Part shown: in pieces, positions 1 through 14,644 of the stretch
How positions within the stretch are numbered: the first letter of the stretch is position 1
Layout: each line of letters begins with the position of its first letter
Assembly: GCF_006345805.1 (NCBI RefSeq)
Contig: NC_042997.1
Span: 173,414,001-173,478,000 of the forward strand
DNA: 64,000 nucleotides
Direction: 5' to 3'
DNA from: Octopus sinensis
Lineage: Eukaryota
The notes under the pieces: model-generated
What the model was told of the DNA's origin: nothing
The model's input: the letters and a program-made list of their open reading frames with translations, nothing else
Databases searched by the model: none
Translations under genes and position numbers: made by a program

Positions 1-323
1 CCAAAGATATTTGTAATCTCAAACGAGATCATTCTTAATATTTTTCTCAAACTGTGAAGATAGCAATGAAAAAACAATGTTGCTACACGAGCACCAACAA
101 TTTGACCTCTTTGAAAGTCAGATAGATCTGTCATTTTAATGAATTTTAATTACCATTTTCTCAAGATATCTGAAAAGAAACAGCAATTTTAGAAAAACAT
201 ATTAAGCAACACAAATAATAAATCCGAATATATAAAAATAAAGAAGCTTTTGACGGTTTTATACATATATCAAAATTTTGATGCTATGAGGCTAGGTGTT
301 TCCATTATTTTCTCCAACCCCTG
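1..323. mobile_element. Right end of a Tc1/mariner-like non-autonomous element (TIR ends at 323, followed by TA)
   Basis: Reverse complement of 294-325 reads TA-CAGGGGTTGGAGAAAATAATGGAAACAC, a Tc1-type terminus. The partner TIR is not in the window. Confidence 0.45.
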
Positions 324-498
324 TATATATAATTTGGAACAATGGGTATATCTCCGCATGTAAATAATGCTGGGTTCAAAATCCCTTTTGGACAGAAAAT
401 GTTGAAGGCTTTGTGCTTCGAGATACACTTTTCCAAAAACGAACAATTTACGTTCTCTTGAAAGTTCACAAATTCTTATGGCGTCAACAATGTATATA

Positions 499-542
<44 letters not shown>

Positions 543-2605
543 CACACATCCATATAAGTGTAAACATTGTAACTTAGTGCATTAAAGGAAGTTAGCTTCT
601 ATCCGTTTTAATAAAAGATTTGTACATATTTTCACGTATTTTATTTGATTTCAGTCTTGGTTGTTAGGTGTTTTATTTCAGTTTTTATGCTTTGAAATAT
701 GTTCGACTGAGATCAACGTAAAGTCGGATATATCGACTCGAGTTCGAGTGTATATTTTTCCATCAATTTCTTCTTACGTAAAGTCGAAAAAAATAAAAGT
801 AACACGAAACGACGTAAGTTGAGATGTACCTATATATATATTTGCATCTGTGTATGTTTGTACATCCGTTTGAGTGTGTGCATGTATATGTGCTAAGATA
901 GTTATGCAAACACTCATACATACATACATGCATACATACATATATGCATACATGAGCACGTAATTTGAATAGGCGTTGATGTAAGCTGTGTTTTGCAATA
1001 GAACCGCAGAACCGTCTCCTTACGCTATCATGTACTTCGTGACTTCCACACCAGTCAACCTATATCCACAGGAGTGTGTAAGTATGGATAGGAGATCAAT
1101 ACCTGGTGTCGTATGGCATTTGGAGTGGGTGTGAAGTTTCATAACAACACGGAACCTTAGTATCAATATCAGTCAGAAAGGAAACGCGTTCAAACATTAC
1201 TGCTGGTTTGTGAAGGTCTCTTTTTCATTGTTTCTTTCCTTCCTTCTTTCATTTTTTTCATTTTTCTTTTCTTTTTCCCTTTTTCCCTTTTTTTCTTTTC
1301 CTTTTTTTCCTTTTTTTCTTTTCCTTTTTTTCCTTTTTTTCTTTTTTTTGTTCTTTTTTCCCTTTTACGATCCCTTTTGATCGAAAACCTACGCCACCTT
1401 TTTTTTTTCTCCCCAAAAGAAAAGCTCTACCTTGTAACTTGTCCCATCTGTGTGCAGCCCTTGTGGCCAATAAAGGAACTTATCTTCCTTAAGACTATAG
1501 TTGTTGTTCTTGCGTTTCATTTATTCTCATTCTTCTCTTCTCCACCTCCTTCTTTATTCTCTTTCTTTTGCCACCCACTCTTTTGCGTGTATCTTGCACT
1601 CTTACACTTTCTTACTAAAACACTGTTTGTTGTCATTGATATTCACGCTGACTGTTCGTTGATTTCCGTCTATCACAGTTACATTCGCACACGCACACAC
1701 ACACACATACGCGCGCGCGTGCGCATACACTCATAGCCGTGCATGTAAATATAAATATACACATATGTACGGACACATCGATAGTAATACATTCAGACAC
1801 ACATGCAAGCAGATACACACAGATACAAACACACTCGCACACATGCAGACACAGACACACACACACACATATATACGCATACACACACAGACGTGCACGT
1901 ACATGTAAATATACACACATATGTACAGACACGTATATAGTAATACATTCAGACACATAAGCATGCAGACACACACACACACGCACACCACACACACACA
2001 ACACACACACACACACTCGCACACGCACAGACGTGCACGTACATATAAGTATACACACATATGTATAAACACGTATATAGTAATACATTCAGGAACATCA
2101 CATGTATACATACACACACACAAAAGCATAGAAACACACACATATACGCAAATAAACGCATGTACCAGTTATGAACTGGTGCCGATTAAATCGACTCTCT
2201 CCCTTTCTGCAGAATGTGTGATGCTGTGCTTATGTTAGAAGTCATTATTTTAAAAAGTAGTCCGGCGGGAAACTAGCAAGAATCGTTAACGCCTCGATTA
2301 AGCTATTTCGGCTGCATTAAGCCCCAGTTCTTTAATGTTCTTAGTTCATATCTCCCCGAGGATGATTTTTGTCTATCGATATGTTGTGTAGACCCCCCAG
2401 ACGATGATGTAGGCTAGCCCAATACGTAGATATAGAGGGAGGAGCCTAGACATGAGGGGCAGAGTAGAGTTGAGTAGAAGGCATCCGAACGTGCGACATA
2501 ACACGATAACTCAAACAACCACCCAAGTAGGGGAGTCGATGTAATCGACGTGCCCTTCCCCAAAAAAATTGCTGCACTTGTACCAAAGTTTGGAACACTT
2601 AGACT

Positions 2606-2900
2606 CAAATTCCACTGAGGCCGACTTTGCCTTTCACCTTTTTGAGGGCGATAAAATAAAGTACCGGTTAAGTTCTGAAGTCGATGGATCGACTATCCCA
2701 CCTTCCTTAAAAATGCTGGCCTTGTGAGAAAAATTTTAAACAACTAATAGGAAAATAGTAAGGCTATAAGCTGGCAAAACCGTTAGAGCATCAAAATAAA
2801 GTGTTTTGCAGTATTTGCTGCGGTTCTTTACGTTCTGAGTTTAAATCTTTTTGGATTCGATAAAATAAAGTACCACTTAAGTATGGAATCAATGCAATCA
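2606..2900 (+). mobile_element. SINE group C fragments (two truncated bodies)
   Basis: Degenerate TCAAATTCC..GAGGTCGACTTTGCCTTTCA..GATAAAATAAAGTACC bodies matching the group C copies elsewhere in the window. Confidence 0.7.
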
Positions 2901-2924
2901 ACTGACTTCCTTCTGTTCAGAATT

Positions 2925-3755
2925 GGGTACTTTTTCGTTATCTCACCCCCATTAAAAATTTGCCATTAAAAAACTGGGTTATCTCCCCACTAATAAAATT
3001 AGTTTATGGGACAAGAGATTGGATTAAAAGTGTTAGATCCTTTTGATTCAATACTTCAACAGATTGTTGACTTATGGCCTCCTATATAAATGTTAGCAGA
3101 TTCAATAAGATGTTTGTTTCAGTTTCTGTGTGTATTAACTTTTTCAGGAGGCGCAATGGCCCAGTGGTTAGGGCAGCGGACTCGCGGTCATAGGATCGCG
3201 GTTTCGATTCCCAGACCTGGCGTTGTGAGTATTTATTGAGCGAAAACACCTGAAAGCTCTACGAGGCTCCGGCAGGGGATGGTGGTGATCCCCGCTGTAC
3301 TCTTTCACCACAACTTTCTCTCACTCTTACTTCCTGTTTCTGTTGTACCTGTATTTCAAGGGGCCGGCCTTGTCACTCTCTGTGTCACGCTGAATATCCC
3401 CGAGAACCACGTTAAGGGTGCACGTGTCTGTGGAGTGCTCAGCCACTTACACGTTAATTTCACGAGCAGACTGTTCCGTTGATTCGGATCAACCGGAACC
3501 CTCATCGTCGTAACCGACGGAGTACTTTTTCAGTTTTCAGTTTTCATGCTTATTAATCTTTTCAGTTTTGTATGATTTGTTATAAAAATGTTATTAGATT
3601 CAATACGAGGTTTCATTGTTTCACTTTTTTTTTTATTAAGGGTTAAACATTTTTTTTTTTAGTTGAGGGACATCACCAAAAGTACCGCTATTTCTCATAA
3701 AACTTGAGGAGATAACCTAATATTTTAATGGGGGTGAGATAACCAAAAAATAACC
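2925..3755. mobile_element. MITE-like DNA element with terminal inverted repeats, interrupted by a SINE
   Basis: Perfect 20-bp inverted repeat TTATCTCACCCCCATTAAAA at 2938-2957 / 3723-3742, with imperfect extension outward and subterminal GGTTATCTCC motifs. Confidence 0.5.
3147..3523 (+). mobile_element. tRNA-derived SINE group B, tail type B1
   Basis: Head GGAGGCGCAATGGCCCAGTGGTTAGGG...GGTTTCGATTCCC (A/B boxes); 9-bp TSD ACTTTTTCA at 3138-3146 / 3524-3532; near-identical to 29675-30062. Confidence 0.9.
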
Positions 3756-4040
3756 AGAATTGTTGGCTTTGTGTCCAAATCAGAAACACTTATTTAAAAA
3801 ACGTAGTAGATGGTATAACATTCCCCTGATCAATGAATTACTGTTGACTCAATCACCTGGTCACGTGTACGAGACTTGAGCGCAGCTCTGGGGTGTTCAA
3901 AGGAGAAACTTCGCAGTTAAAAAATCTCGTACAACAATGGGATGAAATGTAGAGAAAACTATCAATACAATAAAGATTTGAATAATTACTTGCAGGACTA
4001 TTTATAATGTGGACAAACTAACATTGTTGAAATGTCTATA

Positions 4041-4203
4041 GGCGCAGGAGCGGCTGTGTGGTAAGTAATTTGCTTACCAACCACATGGTTCCGCGTTCAT
4101 TCCCACTGCGTGGCACCTAGGGCAAGTGTCTTCCACTATAGCCTTGGGCCGACCAAAGCCTTGTGAGTGGATTTGGTAGATGGAAACTGAAAGAAGCCCG
4201 TCG

Positions 4204-4248
<45 letters not shown>

Positions 4249-4450
4249 ATGTTTGTGTGTCTGTGTTTGCCCCCCCCCAACATCGCTTGACAACCGATGC
4301 TGGTGTGTTTATGTCCTCGTAACTTAGCGGTTCGGCAAAAGAGACCGATAGAATAAGTACTAGGCTTACAATGAATAAGCCCCGGGGTCGATTTGCTCGA
4401 CTAAAAGCGGTGCTCCAGCATGGCTGAAACAAGTAAAAGAATAAAAGAAT
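4041..4450 (+). mobile_element. tRNA-derived SINE group A (CORE-like body, internal TA/TG microsatellite)
   Basis: Head GGCGCAGGAGCGGCTGTGTGGTAAG..., CORE-like GGGCAAGTGTCTTC segment, 3' tail GGCGGTGCTCCAGCATGGC..GAAACAAGTAAAAGA; many copies in the window. Confidence 0.9.
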
Positions 4451-4733
4451 AATAAACAGGATTACTCCGCCGAAGTCGACTTTACCTTTCGTCATTTTAG
4501 GGTCGATAAAATGAGTATCAGCTGAGCACTGGAGTCGATGTGGTCGACTTACCCCTTTCGTCTGAAATTGCTCGCCTTGTGTCAAAATTTGAAATCAATA
4601 TAGTAAAAGATTTGTCATAGCGGCGCTGAAGAAAAGACGAAATAGGACAGATGTCAGATACCGGCATCCTACTGAAAAGAAAAAAAAAAGGGGTCGTGCC
4701 TCTTGGATTTGGTTGTTCTAACTCGGACATTGT

Positions 4734-5045
4734 GGAGGCGCAATGGCCCATGGTTAGGGCAGCGGACTCGCAGTAGGAGGATCGCGATTTCGATTCCCAG
4801 ACCGGGCGTTGTGTGTGTTTATTGAGCGAAAACACCTAAAGCTCCACGATGCTCCCGCAGGGGGTGGTGGCGACCCCTGTTGTACTCTTTCGCCCCAACT
4901 TTCTCTCACTCTTTCTTCCTGTTTCTTGAGTAACGCTGCGATGGACTGGCGTCCCTTCCAGCTGGGGGGAACACATACGCCACAGAAACCAGGAAATCGG
5001 GCCAATGAGCCTGGCTAGGCTTGAAAAGGGTGCATAATAAAATAA
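4734..5045 (+). mobile_element. SINE group B, tail type B2
   Basis: Same head and body as 3147, different 3' tail (GAGTAACGCTGCGATGG...GGCTAGGCTTGAAAAGG); matches 42792-43115. Confidence 0.85.
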
Positions 5046-5159
5046 ATTAAGTCAGACATTAGTTATATTTTCTTACATTTGAAAGTTGTTATACCTTGAA
5101 ATTCCACGTCAGAAAAGATACCATTTAATATACACAATGAGCAATAACAACAGAAACAA

Positions 5160-5295
5160 AGACTACTACTACTACTACTTACTACTACTACTACTACCAC
5201 CAGTACCACCACCAGCACCACCACCAGCACCACCAACGGCACCATCAACAGCACCACCACCACCACTACTAACACTACTACTACTACTACTACTA

Positions 5296-5333
<38 letters not shown>

Positions 5334-5335
5334 GC
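5160..5335. repeat. Compound (CTA)n/(CCA)n microsatellite
   Basis: Direct reading of the sequence. Confidence 0.95.
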
Positions 5336-5653
5336 ACTTTCACTTCTACTTGATTACCGTCTTTTAAAGACAATAAGGTTCGATTTAAAGGAGATTGGGG
5401 AGTTATTTCTAGCAGACCAAGTGACCATATGAAGGCTCCCTCATGGGCTGGGTTGTCAGTATTATTAATACACAAGAGTCAATATAAAGTCATTCTATCG
5501 CAATAAAAAGACAAAATACAAAAAATAAAAACAGCACTGTGGAAAAACTAAATACGACGTTCATAAAGAGTTAAGCCCAGCGCGTAAACATAAAAATGAT
5601 AAGTCTAATTTCTGACTCGACTTCGTTGAACCAGATTAGAAAACGCCCTGATA

Positions 5654-5686
<33 letters not shown>

Positions 5687-5864
5687 CACACACACACACG
5701 CACGCACGACACACACACACACGCACGCACACACACACACACACATACACAACTATCTAAAATACTTCAAGATTACCGCAAAAGGTCTTTATTTCATTAT
5801 ATTTTATATTACTTTATTTCATTTTTGTCTTTGCATTTATTTTATATCTATGTTTGTTGCGACC

Positions 5865-6050
<186 letters not shown>

Positions 6051-6850
6051 ACTAATATTTTGTATTTTTTTATAGCCCAACAAAATAGAAGATCGGAAAA
6101 CAAAGCTATAGCAAATAAAAGCAAAATCCAAAATGGCACATACAAAAGAAAAGGTAAGATATATATATAAAAAAAAATCAAGAAACAAAACAAAATGAAA
6201 TGAAAAATCCCATATCAACACTCCACCCCCACCCCCCAAATATTTTCGGGTTTGAGAGACGAAAGAAAGGTGAAAGACGAATAAGAGATAAGACAAATAG
6301 AAATCAGCTTGTAGATTTTTATGAATTTAGAATTTAAGTTTCGAGTTTCGACTTGAAATAATAGAAGTTACAAAAACACAGTCAGGTGTACAAGTTTTAC
6401 GTTATTTAGTTGTCACCGACTCCTTCCGTTGGCTGAAACTTTGAAGGCGGTGTCCCTGCATGGCCACAATACAGTGACTTATACAAGTGAAAGGTAGAAG
6501 ATATCTATAAATTTTCAGTTTGTCAAAATGGCGCACAAAGACAAAATTAGTCAGATTGTTATTCGTAAAAAATAAGTAAAGTTGTACTGTAAGAAGATCG
6601 CCTTGATAGTACATGAACCAAGCTTCAGATGATCACTTATGACATGAGTACAAGACAAAGGTTTATGGGTATATTCCATTCCTTCTGTACCGTTTTTGTT
6701 CAATGTGCTGAAGCCCCAGGCCATATTACGTTACGTTTTAGAGACTTCCGTGCCAGACAAAGAACAAAGGATACTCGATTACATTGATTTTATTAGCAGA
6801 GACACAAACGTGAAATAGTCCAGTCAGATGGCACGACCAGTGAATTAGAA

Positions 6851-7745
6851 AACTATAAGAGGGATAGACCAAGATGCCAGGAGTCTATCAGATAGATATA
6901 TCGACATGGCAGTGTATGTACTATAACATACAAACGAATTATTCAATGGATATACCAGCTTACCAACGAAAAACCTGATGGATAGACCGATATATGAATG
7001 ACCTAAGGGTAGACCAGTAAGCTAACGAACTATAAGAGGGATAGACCAAGATGCCAGTAGTCTATCAGATAGATAGACCGACATGTCAGTGAATTATCGC
7101 ATGGGTACTACATGCCAACGAATTATTCAGTGAATACACCAGCTTACCAATGATGTATGTGATGGATAGACCGATATATGAATGATCTAAGGGTAGACCA
7201 GTAAACTAACGAACTATAAGAGGGATAGACCAAGATGCCAGTAGTCTATCAGATAGATAGACCGACATGTCAGTGAATTATCGCATGGGTACTACATGCC
7301 AACGAATTATTCAGTGAATACACCAGCTTACCAATGATGTATGTGATGGATAGACCGATATATGAATGATCTAAGGGTTGACCAGTAAACTAACGAACTA
7401 TAAGAGGGATAGACCAAGATGCCAGTAGTCTATCAGATAGATAGACCGACATATCAGTGAATTATAGCATGGATACTACATGCCAACGAATTATTCAGTG
7501 AATACACCAGCTTACTAATGATGTATGTGATGGATAGATCGATATATGAATGATCTAAGGGTAGACCAGTAAACTAACGAATTATAAGAGGGATAGACCA
7601 AGATGCCAATTGTCCATCAGATGGATAGATCGACATATCAGTGAATTATCGCATGGATACTACAACATGCCAACGAATTATTCAGTGGTTACACCATCTT
7701 ACCAACGAAATACCTGATGGATAGACCGATATATGAATGACCTAT
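6851..7745 (+). repeat. 184-bp tandem array (~5 units), a higher-order repeat of six ~27-32-bp monomers
   Basis: Unit starts AA(C/T)TATAAGAGGG at 6851, 7028, 7212, 7396 and 7580 (spacing 177, 184, 184, 184). Internal monomers begin mostly ATAGACC, ATACACC or GTAGACC. Confidence 0.95.
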
Positions 7746-8170
7746 GAGATGGAAAGATCAATGTATCAAAAAACTGTCAGGTGAATAGACAGCTGTAGCA
7801 ATGAATAATCAAACGATTGATCAACTTGCCAAAAAACAATCGAAGAAATAGATCAACGTGCCAATGAGCTATTAGACAGATGGGCCAAAACACCAAGGAA
7901 CTTTTAGATGGATAAACCAATGTACCAGCACACTACCAGAAGGATACACCGACATATCAATGGAGGAAGAGTGATGTAGAAAATTAATGCCAATTGAATA
8001 AATTATCAACGTGTAAATTATATACTGATAGAGAAATACGCCGTATATCGATGATAATGCTGACGATGTTGCTAATGATAATGTTGATGATGATGGTGAT
8101 GACAGAGATGTTGGTATGGGAGGTGATGCCGATGATGCTACCGCTGTTACAGCTACTGAGCATGATAATA

Positions 8171-8219
<49 letters not shown>

Positions 8220-8333
8220 GATGATGATACTGAAAGTATTTGAGGTGACAGTCGTGATAATGTTGATGCTAATGCTAATGAAGCTTAAACACGGTGAATA
8301 CAATGATGTGGAATGCCAACAACCACCAACCCA

Positions 8334-8364
<31 letters not shown>

Positions 8365-8959
8365 AGTGATAGTGGTGGTGGTGGTGGTGGTGGTGGCGGT
8401 GGCGGCGGGTGGGGTTGTAAGGGTTGTTATGATGCTGATGATGCCAACTTCAATCACGGTCATTATCATAATTATCAAAATCATAATCAGCATTCCCTAC
8501 CACCACCACCACCACCACCACCACCACCACCACCACCACCGCTACTACATATCATCTCGATCTGATGAATGTAAGTCTCTGAAGAGTCGGAAATGGGATT
8601 GTAATCGCGGTGGTAGATGTAGGAGTGGTACTGGGGAGCCACCAGTGTTGGTGGGAGGTTGTATGACATTGGAGAGAGAGAGAGAGGGGTGCCGAGGGTA
8701 CATTTCAGAGTCGGATGTGAGGGTGGAGGGAGGGGTTGGAACCTCCCCCCCCCCGCCAAAAAAAAATATTCAACAACTACCCACACACCCAGCCAGCCAA
8801 ACATCTAAAAGTGACAACAGTAACAAGAAAACAATTTCACTCCCACCCTCTGTTCAAAAGAAAATTCTCCAAAGACAAGAAAAGTCAATGAGGAAAATGG
8901 AGACAGTGTCTAGAAGGTGTTGATGAATATAATTATATGATAATGACTATACATCTCTA

Positions 8960-8969
8960 TGTGCGTGAG

Positions 8970-9034
<65 letters not shown>

Positions 9035-9038
9035 ATGT

Positions 9039-9069
<31 letters not shown>

Positions 9070-9169
9070 GTATATATATGTATATATATGTATATAATAT
9101 ATATATTATATACATATATATATATACATATATATATATATACATACGCATGTATGTATATATGTATGC

Positions 9170-9202
<33 letters not shown>

Positions 9203-9591
9203 TTATATATATACATATATATATATACATACGCATGTATGTATATATTGTTACATATGTGTCTGTGTGTGTGTGTTGTGTATGTGAGTATGTTTATATG
9301 TATATGAGCATGTGTGCAAGTGTATATGTATGTGTGTGTAGAAATTATATATCTATATACCTCTCAGTTTCTCTCACGCTCTCCTTCCTCTCTCTCTTTC
9401 TCTGCATATATATATTATGCATATATATATTATATATTATATATATATATATAATATATATATATTATATCTATATTATATATATGTATATATAAATACA
9501 CACACATATGTATATGTATGTATGTATGTTTGCATATGTATATATGCATATATACATATATGTTTATATATATGTATGCATGTGTGTGTGC

Positions 9592-9640
<49 letters not shown>
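8960..9640. repeat. Long interrupted (TA)n/(TG)n microsatellite field
   Basis: Direct reading. Confidence 0.95.
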
Positions 9641-9645
<5 letters not shown>

Positions 9646-9750
9646 GTGTGCGTATGTATGTGTGTGTATGCAAAATACACAAAACGAATCTAAATTAAAA
9701 TGATTAAGATGAAAAAATAAAAACAAAGTGCCCCCTCCTCTTCCTCTCCA

Positions 9751-9802
<52 letters not shown>

Positions 9803-10396
9803 ACACACACACATATTATCCAAGATATAATAGAGGCAAAAAATGTTTGACAATCAATTCAGAGATGTTTTCTTATGTTTGATAACGCTTGCAATTAAAG
9901 AAATGGGAAACCATATTTAAAATCATTAAAAGCTTTCAAAATGTCAATTTTAATTAAATTGGCGTGCTTTTGTGAAGAGAAGAAGAAGAAGAAGAAGAAG
10001 GAGAAGAAGAAGAAGAAGAAGAAGAAGAAGAAGAAGAAGAAGAAGAAGAAGAAGAAGAAGAAGAAGAAAAAAAAAAAAAAACAACATTAATGCTCCTCCT
10101 TATATACTCAGTCGGAAGGCAAGACGTTCTCATCCACACTCGAATACACACATACATACATAGATACATACATACACATGAACATAACACTATTGAGATA
10201 AAAACACATGTACATACATACATACACACGCATACTGCTGCATACTCGCACTTACTGACACAGACGAGCGTTCAGACAGACATTTCTAGCATACGTATAG
10301 ACATAGATGGATAGATATCGTTCATGGGCTCATGCAAACACACATGCACGCATACAGACGCAAAATACACATATATACATACACACATATATATCC

Positions 10397-10431
<35 letters not shown>

Positions 10432-10733
10432 ATATATCATATATACATATCTATCTGTACATGTGTATATAGGTGTATGTGTGTCTATTTACAGGAATGT
10501 ATAAACGCAAATGTAGGTATGTGTGTGCATGTTAGCATGTATATGTACACGTATATGTCTATGTAATATATATAATATATATATATATATATACGTGTAT
10601 GTAAATACACACACACAAACACACACACACACACACACATACACAACACACATACATATATGTACACACACACGTGTATATATATGTATACAAAAATGTA
10701 CTGAAATACCTATATTTGTATATATATGCATAC

Positions 10734-10769
<36 letters not shown>

Positions 10770-10781
10770 ATCTATCTATCT

Positions 10782-10838
<57 letters not shown>

Positions 10839-11337
10839 GACACACTGAAACTTACATACACACATATAGGCAAACAAACAAACATAGAAAATATGCTGAT
10901 ATATACACACCTAAATCCAGAAAAGGACATACATACAGACATGCATGCATACATGCATACATAGATGCACATGCACACACACACGCACACACAACCATGC
11001 ATTCATACAAGCATACATACATACATGCAGACAAACATACACATGAAGACATAATGAAGTAGACAAAAATAAACAAACATTTAAAAAAAAAACAGAAACA
11101 AAACTATATCGAAAACGCTGTACAGCATCTTGGTGAAACCTCATGGAGTGAATAAGGTCCATTACAGTGTAGTTAAGGATGTCAAGAGATTAGAATTAAT
11201 TATTATAGTTAACAGCTGGCATACAGCGAGTGACGTGTTATGGTGAAGACATAGAGGTTGGTGGATATATGGGTAGATGTATGTGTATATGTGTGAGTGT
11301 ATGTTTATGTGTGTTTGTGTGCATGTTTGTGTATGGA

Positions 11338-11373
<36 letters not shown>

Positions 11374-11461
11374 CATGCATAGATATATATAATGTATATA
11401 TATACATATTATGCACACATACAAATATATTATATGCAATGTATATATACAATAATATCAA

Positions 11462-11658
11462 TGTGGCTGTATGGTAAGTAGCTTGCTTACCAACAACATG
11501 GTTCCGTGTTCATTCCCAGTGCGTGGCACCCTTGGGCAAGTGTCTTCCACTATAGCCTTGGGCCGACCAAAGCCTGTTGTGAGTGGATTTGGTAGAAGTA
11601 ACTGAAAGAAGCGTGTCGATATATATATATATATAGATATATATATATATATATATAT

Positions 11659-11689
<31 letters not shown>

Positions 11690-11942
11690 TGGGGTGGGGT
11701 GTATATATATATGGGTTTGTGTGTCTGTGTTTATATATATGTGTGTGTCTGTGCTTGTCCCCCAACATCGCTTGACAACCGATGTGTGGTGTGTTTACGT
11801 CCCCATGACTTAGCTGTTCGGCAAAAGGGGCCGATACAATAAGAACTTGGCTTACAAAGAATAAATCCTGGGGTAGAATTGCTCGTCTAAAGGTGGAGTT
11901 TCAGCATGCCTGCAATTAAATGACTGAAACAAGTAAAAGAGT
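11462..11942 (+). mobile_element. SINE group A
   Basis: Matches the 4041 and 34861 copies in head, body and tail. Confidence 0.85.
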
Positions 11943-11947
11943 ATATA

Positions 11948-11993
<46 letters not shown>

Positions 11994-12254
11994 ACTGTTT
12001 ATACAGTTACAAAAATCGGAGTGCATGGCGTTCAGTTACTCAATAAATGAAAAATGCATTAAATACTACAAAATGTACACAGATAAGCAATATGAATATG
12101 TAATATACAAATATGCAATATATGTATGCGTGTATACATATGTAATATGTATAATATACATTTTATATACTAATTACATTATATACATATTACATGCATC
12201 GTATACTCACAATACATGCGTGTATAATTACATAATTAAGGTATTACGCTATCC

Positions 12255-12321
<67 letters not shown>

Positions 12322-12447
12322 CGTCTGTCTGTCTGTCTGCTTGTCTGTCTGTATATATAGTTTGTCTGTACATGCACACACACACACACACATACTAAGT
12401 GTTAACAAAGTCGGGGTACGTATATGTGTATATGTGTATATATGTGC

Positions 12448-12481
<34 letters not shown>

Positions 12482-13084
12482 CTGTGTTTATATATATATA
12501 TATATACACATACTTGGAAAAGTGGCGTTCGATCATATAATAATATAAATGATATATAAATATATGCATATATACATACATATATGTACATACCTACATG
12601 TATATGTATATATACATGCATATATGGGTACAGGACATCAGAAAGACGTTGAACACAATGAGAAACGAAAACACGAAACAAAAACATGGAAACGAACATG
12701 TTTTCAAACAACGAAATAACAGAGTACGAGATATACAACACAAGGAATATTCCCCTTCTACAGTTGTCTCTGTTTCGTCTACTCCGCGTACCGAAGGTAA
12801 GGACAAGACGCGACTTCGTTGAAACAGTCCTTTCCGCAAAGCAAATTAAATAAAATTTGGGGTTTTTTGCTGAGGGATAAAAGTGGTAACAATAACAGGA
12901 CAGTAAGAAGAAAAAACAAGACAGTAAAAGACGGAACAAAGAGAATAACACAGTAATAACCAAACGATTAGGTTTATTAAGTCAAGACGATGGAAATATT
13001 TTTCTGAACGTTTAAGGACCTTATGGGGGAGACAGGATAAGCGGTCTGATCTTGGTGAAGATAGCAGTTGGAAAAAAAAAGAAA

Positions 13085-13250
13085 AAGAATGATGAAGTCA
13101 GGTGGTGTAGACAACAAACAGATGTACTAGTATAACGCTCGGGAAGGGAAAAAGTCTTTAACGTTTCGAGCCTACGCTCTTCCACAGAAAAGAACCAAAA
13201 AAGGAAACAAGGTGAGAAAATAAAGAATGTGTAGTGGCTAGCGATCTATC
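13085..13250 (-). mobile_element. Short non-coding element (family H2) carrying a variant hammerhead motif at 13155-13192
   Basis: Minus strand TTTT-CTGTGGA-A-GAGC-GTAG-GCTC-GAAAC-GT-T-AAAG; homologous to 27200-27401 and 37958-38162. Confidence 0.7.
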
Positions 13251-13585
13251 ATAGCGATATATATATATATATATAACGGACTCATCCATCGGAGACGACG
13301 TATGAGTGTTCAGCTTTTGGTGAACGACCTGTACAAATGATTTGTTTATACTGATCAAATGTATGTACTATTTATTAGCTCGTTCACTCCATCAAATCGA
13401 CGTTACCTGAGCAATTTATCGTGGCTGTCTTCCTAGAATGCTCAATACTATGTAATATGGCTTGAGAGATACCCTCATGTAATCACTTGGTGCATAAAAG
13501 CATACACATAGATTGTAGCAGACGCATCGCCTGCCAAGGGCGCTGGAGCTCCCATATTACGTGATTTCATTCAAATGGAAGTCAT

Positions 13586-13835
13586 AAGTGAGTGGCATCT
13601 AGTCATATCTACGTGAGTGGTATCTAGTGAGTGATATATAGTGAGTGGTATCTAGTCGTATACATCTAAATATATAGTGAGTGGTATCTAGTCGTATACA
13701 TCTAAATATATAGTGAGTGGTATCTAGTCGTATACATCTAAATATATAGTGAGTGGTATCTAGTCGTATACATCTAAATATATAGTGAGTGGTATCTAGT
13801 CGTATACATCTAAACGTATAGTGAGCGTTATCTAG
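13586..13835 (+). repeat. 36-bp minisatellite
   Basis: AGTGAGTGGTATCTAGTCGTATACATCTAAATATAT starts at 13640, 13676, 13712, 13748 and 13784 (the last diverges at its end), with degenerate flanking units. Confidence 0.95.
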
Positions 13836-14644
13836 GCATGTGTATCTAGATATTTAGAATATCAGCATCGTTTTAGACGCTGATGTTACAAATAACCAGC
13901 TGACATATTACAAATTAATTATTAGCAACGGAAGCAATATTATACAAAAAGGTAATCGATATATCCAACTGATATTCTATATATCGTAGCTGCGAGATTT
14001 GACGGGTATACTGTCACCGGACGTCTCCCACTGATGACTTACAGAAGAGTGAATTCCAGTGCCCATGGCAAACGATTCTTGTCTGCTACAACCATGTGTG
14101 TGTTTTTATGCGCCAAGTATTTATATGGGAGGCTCTCTTAAGGTTAATGCTTGTCCTGTACTTTCCCAGGTGTAATAACTTGCAATATTAACCTGCATTT
14201 GTCTACATTTTTATATTATATATATATATATATAATTATATATATATATATATCTATATATATATATATAATATATATTATATATATAATATATATATAT
14301 ATGCCTTACCTTATTAGGTAAGCACAAGTAGTGCTGATGAACTCGGTATTGGTTTCGAAATTAGCGCCAAATAGGTGCCTGTTTCTCTTCAGCTAAAGTC
14401 TGTCAACTAACCACTAATAAAACTTTCCCCCTACCATGCCTGGAAGTGTTCTTTTGAAGCGACCAAACACTATTTAAAGAATCGAAACGCGTGAAATTAT
14501 TTATAAATAAATATATGAGGGATGATATTATTAAAATACCATCTCGAGTGGCAAGCGTATTATCAGATATACAGGCAAATGAATACAATATATACATACA
14601 ATATAAGATATGTACCTATATATATATATATATATATGTATATA

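Noticed and set aside
1060-1085. Possible 6-nt microexon CAG|GAGTGT|GTAAGT; similar isolated splice-like sites at ~13990, ~19610, ~36630 and ~41965
   Set aside because: Such motifs arise by chance in 64 kb, no consistent gene model links them, and RNA-seq would be needed.
3147-3225. SINE heads (groups A, B, C and the P1 head) as tRNA genes
   Set aside because: Acceptor and T stems do not pair properly, and the sequences run into SINE or pLTR bodies.
6851-7745. 184-bp array as CRISPR-like or as a coding repeat
   Set aside because: Whole units are near-identical with no variable spacers; the period is not a multiple of 3 and stops occur.
12765-12830. Extended hairpin CTGTTTC..GAAACAG with internal GTC/GAC and GCGT/ACGC helices
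   Set aside because: No recognisable ribozyme core and a single copy in the window; function cannot be supported.
13586-13835. 36-bp repeats as a CRISPR array
   Set aside because: Units are directly adjacent with no unique spacers, there are no cas genes, and the context is eukaryotic.
14330-14500. CTGATGA..GAAATT at ~14335 and TTGAAGC..GAAACGCGTG at ~14455-14495 as hammerheads
   Set aside because: Stem II or the core cannot be formed convincingly; at best these are relics.
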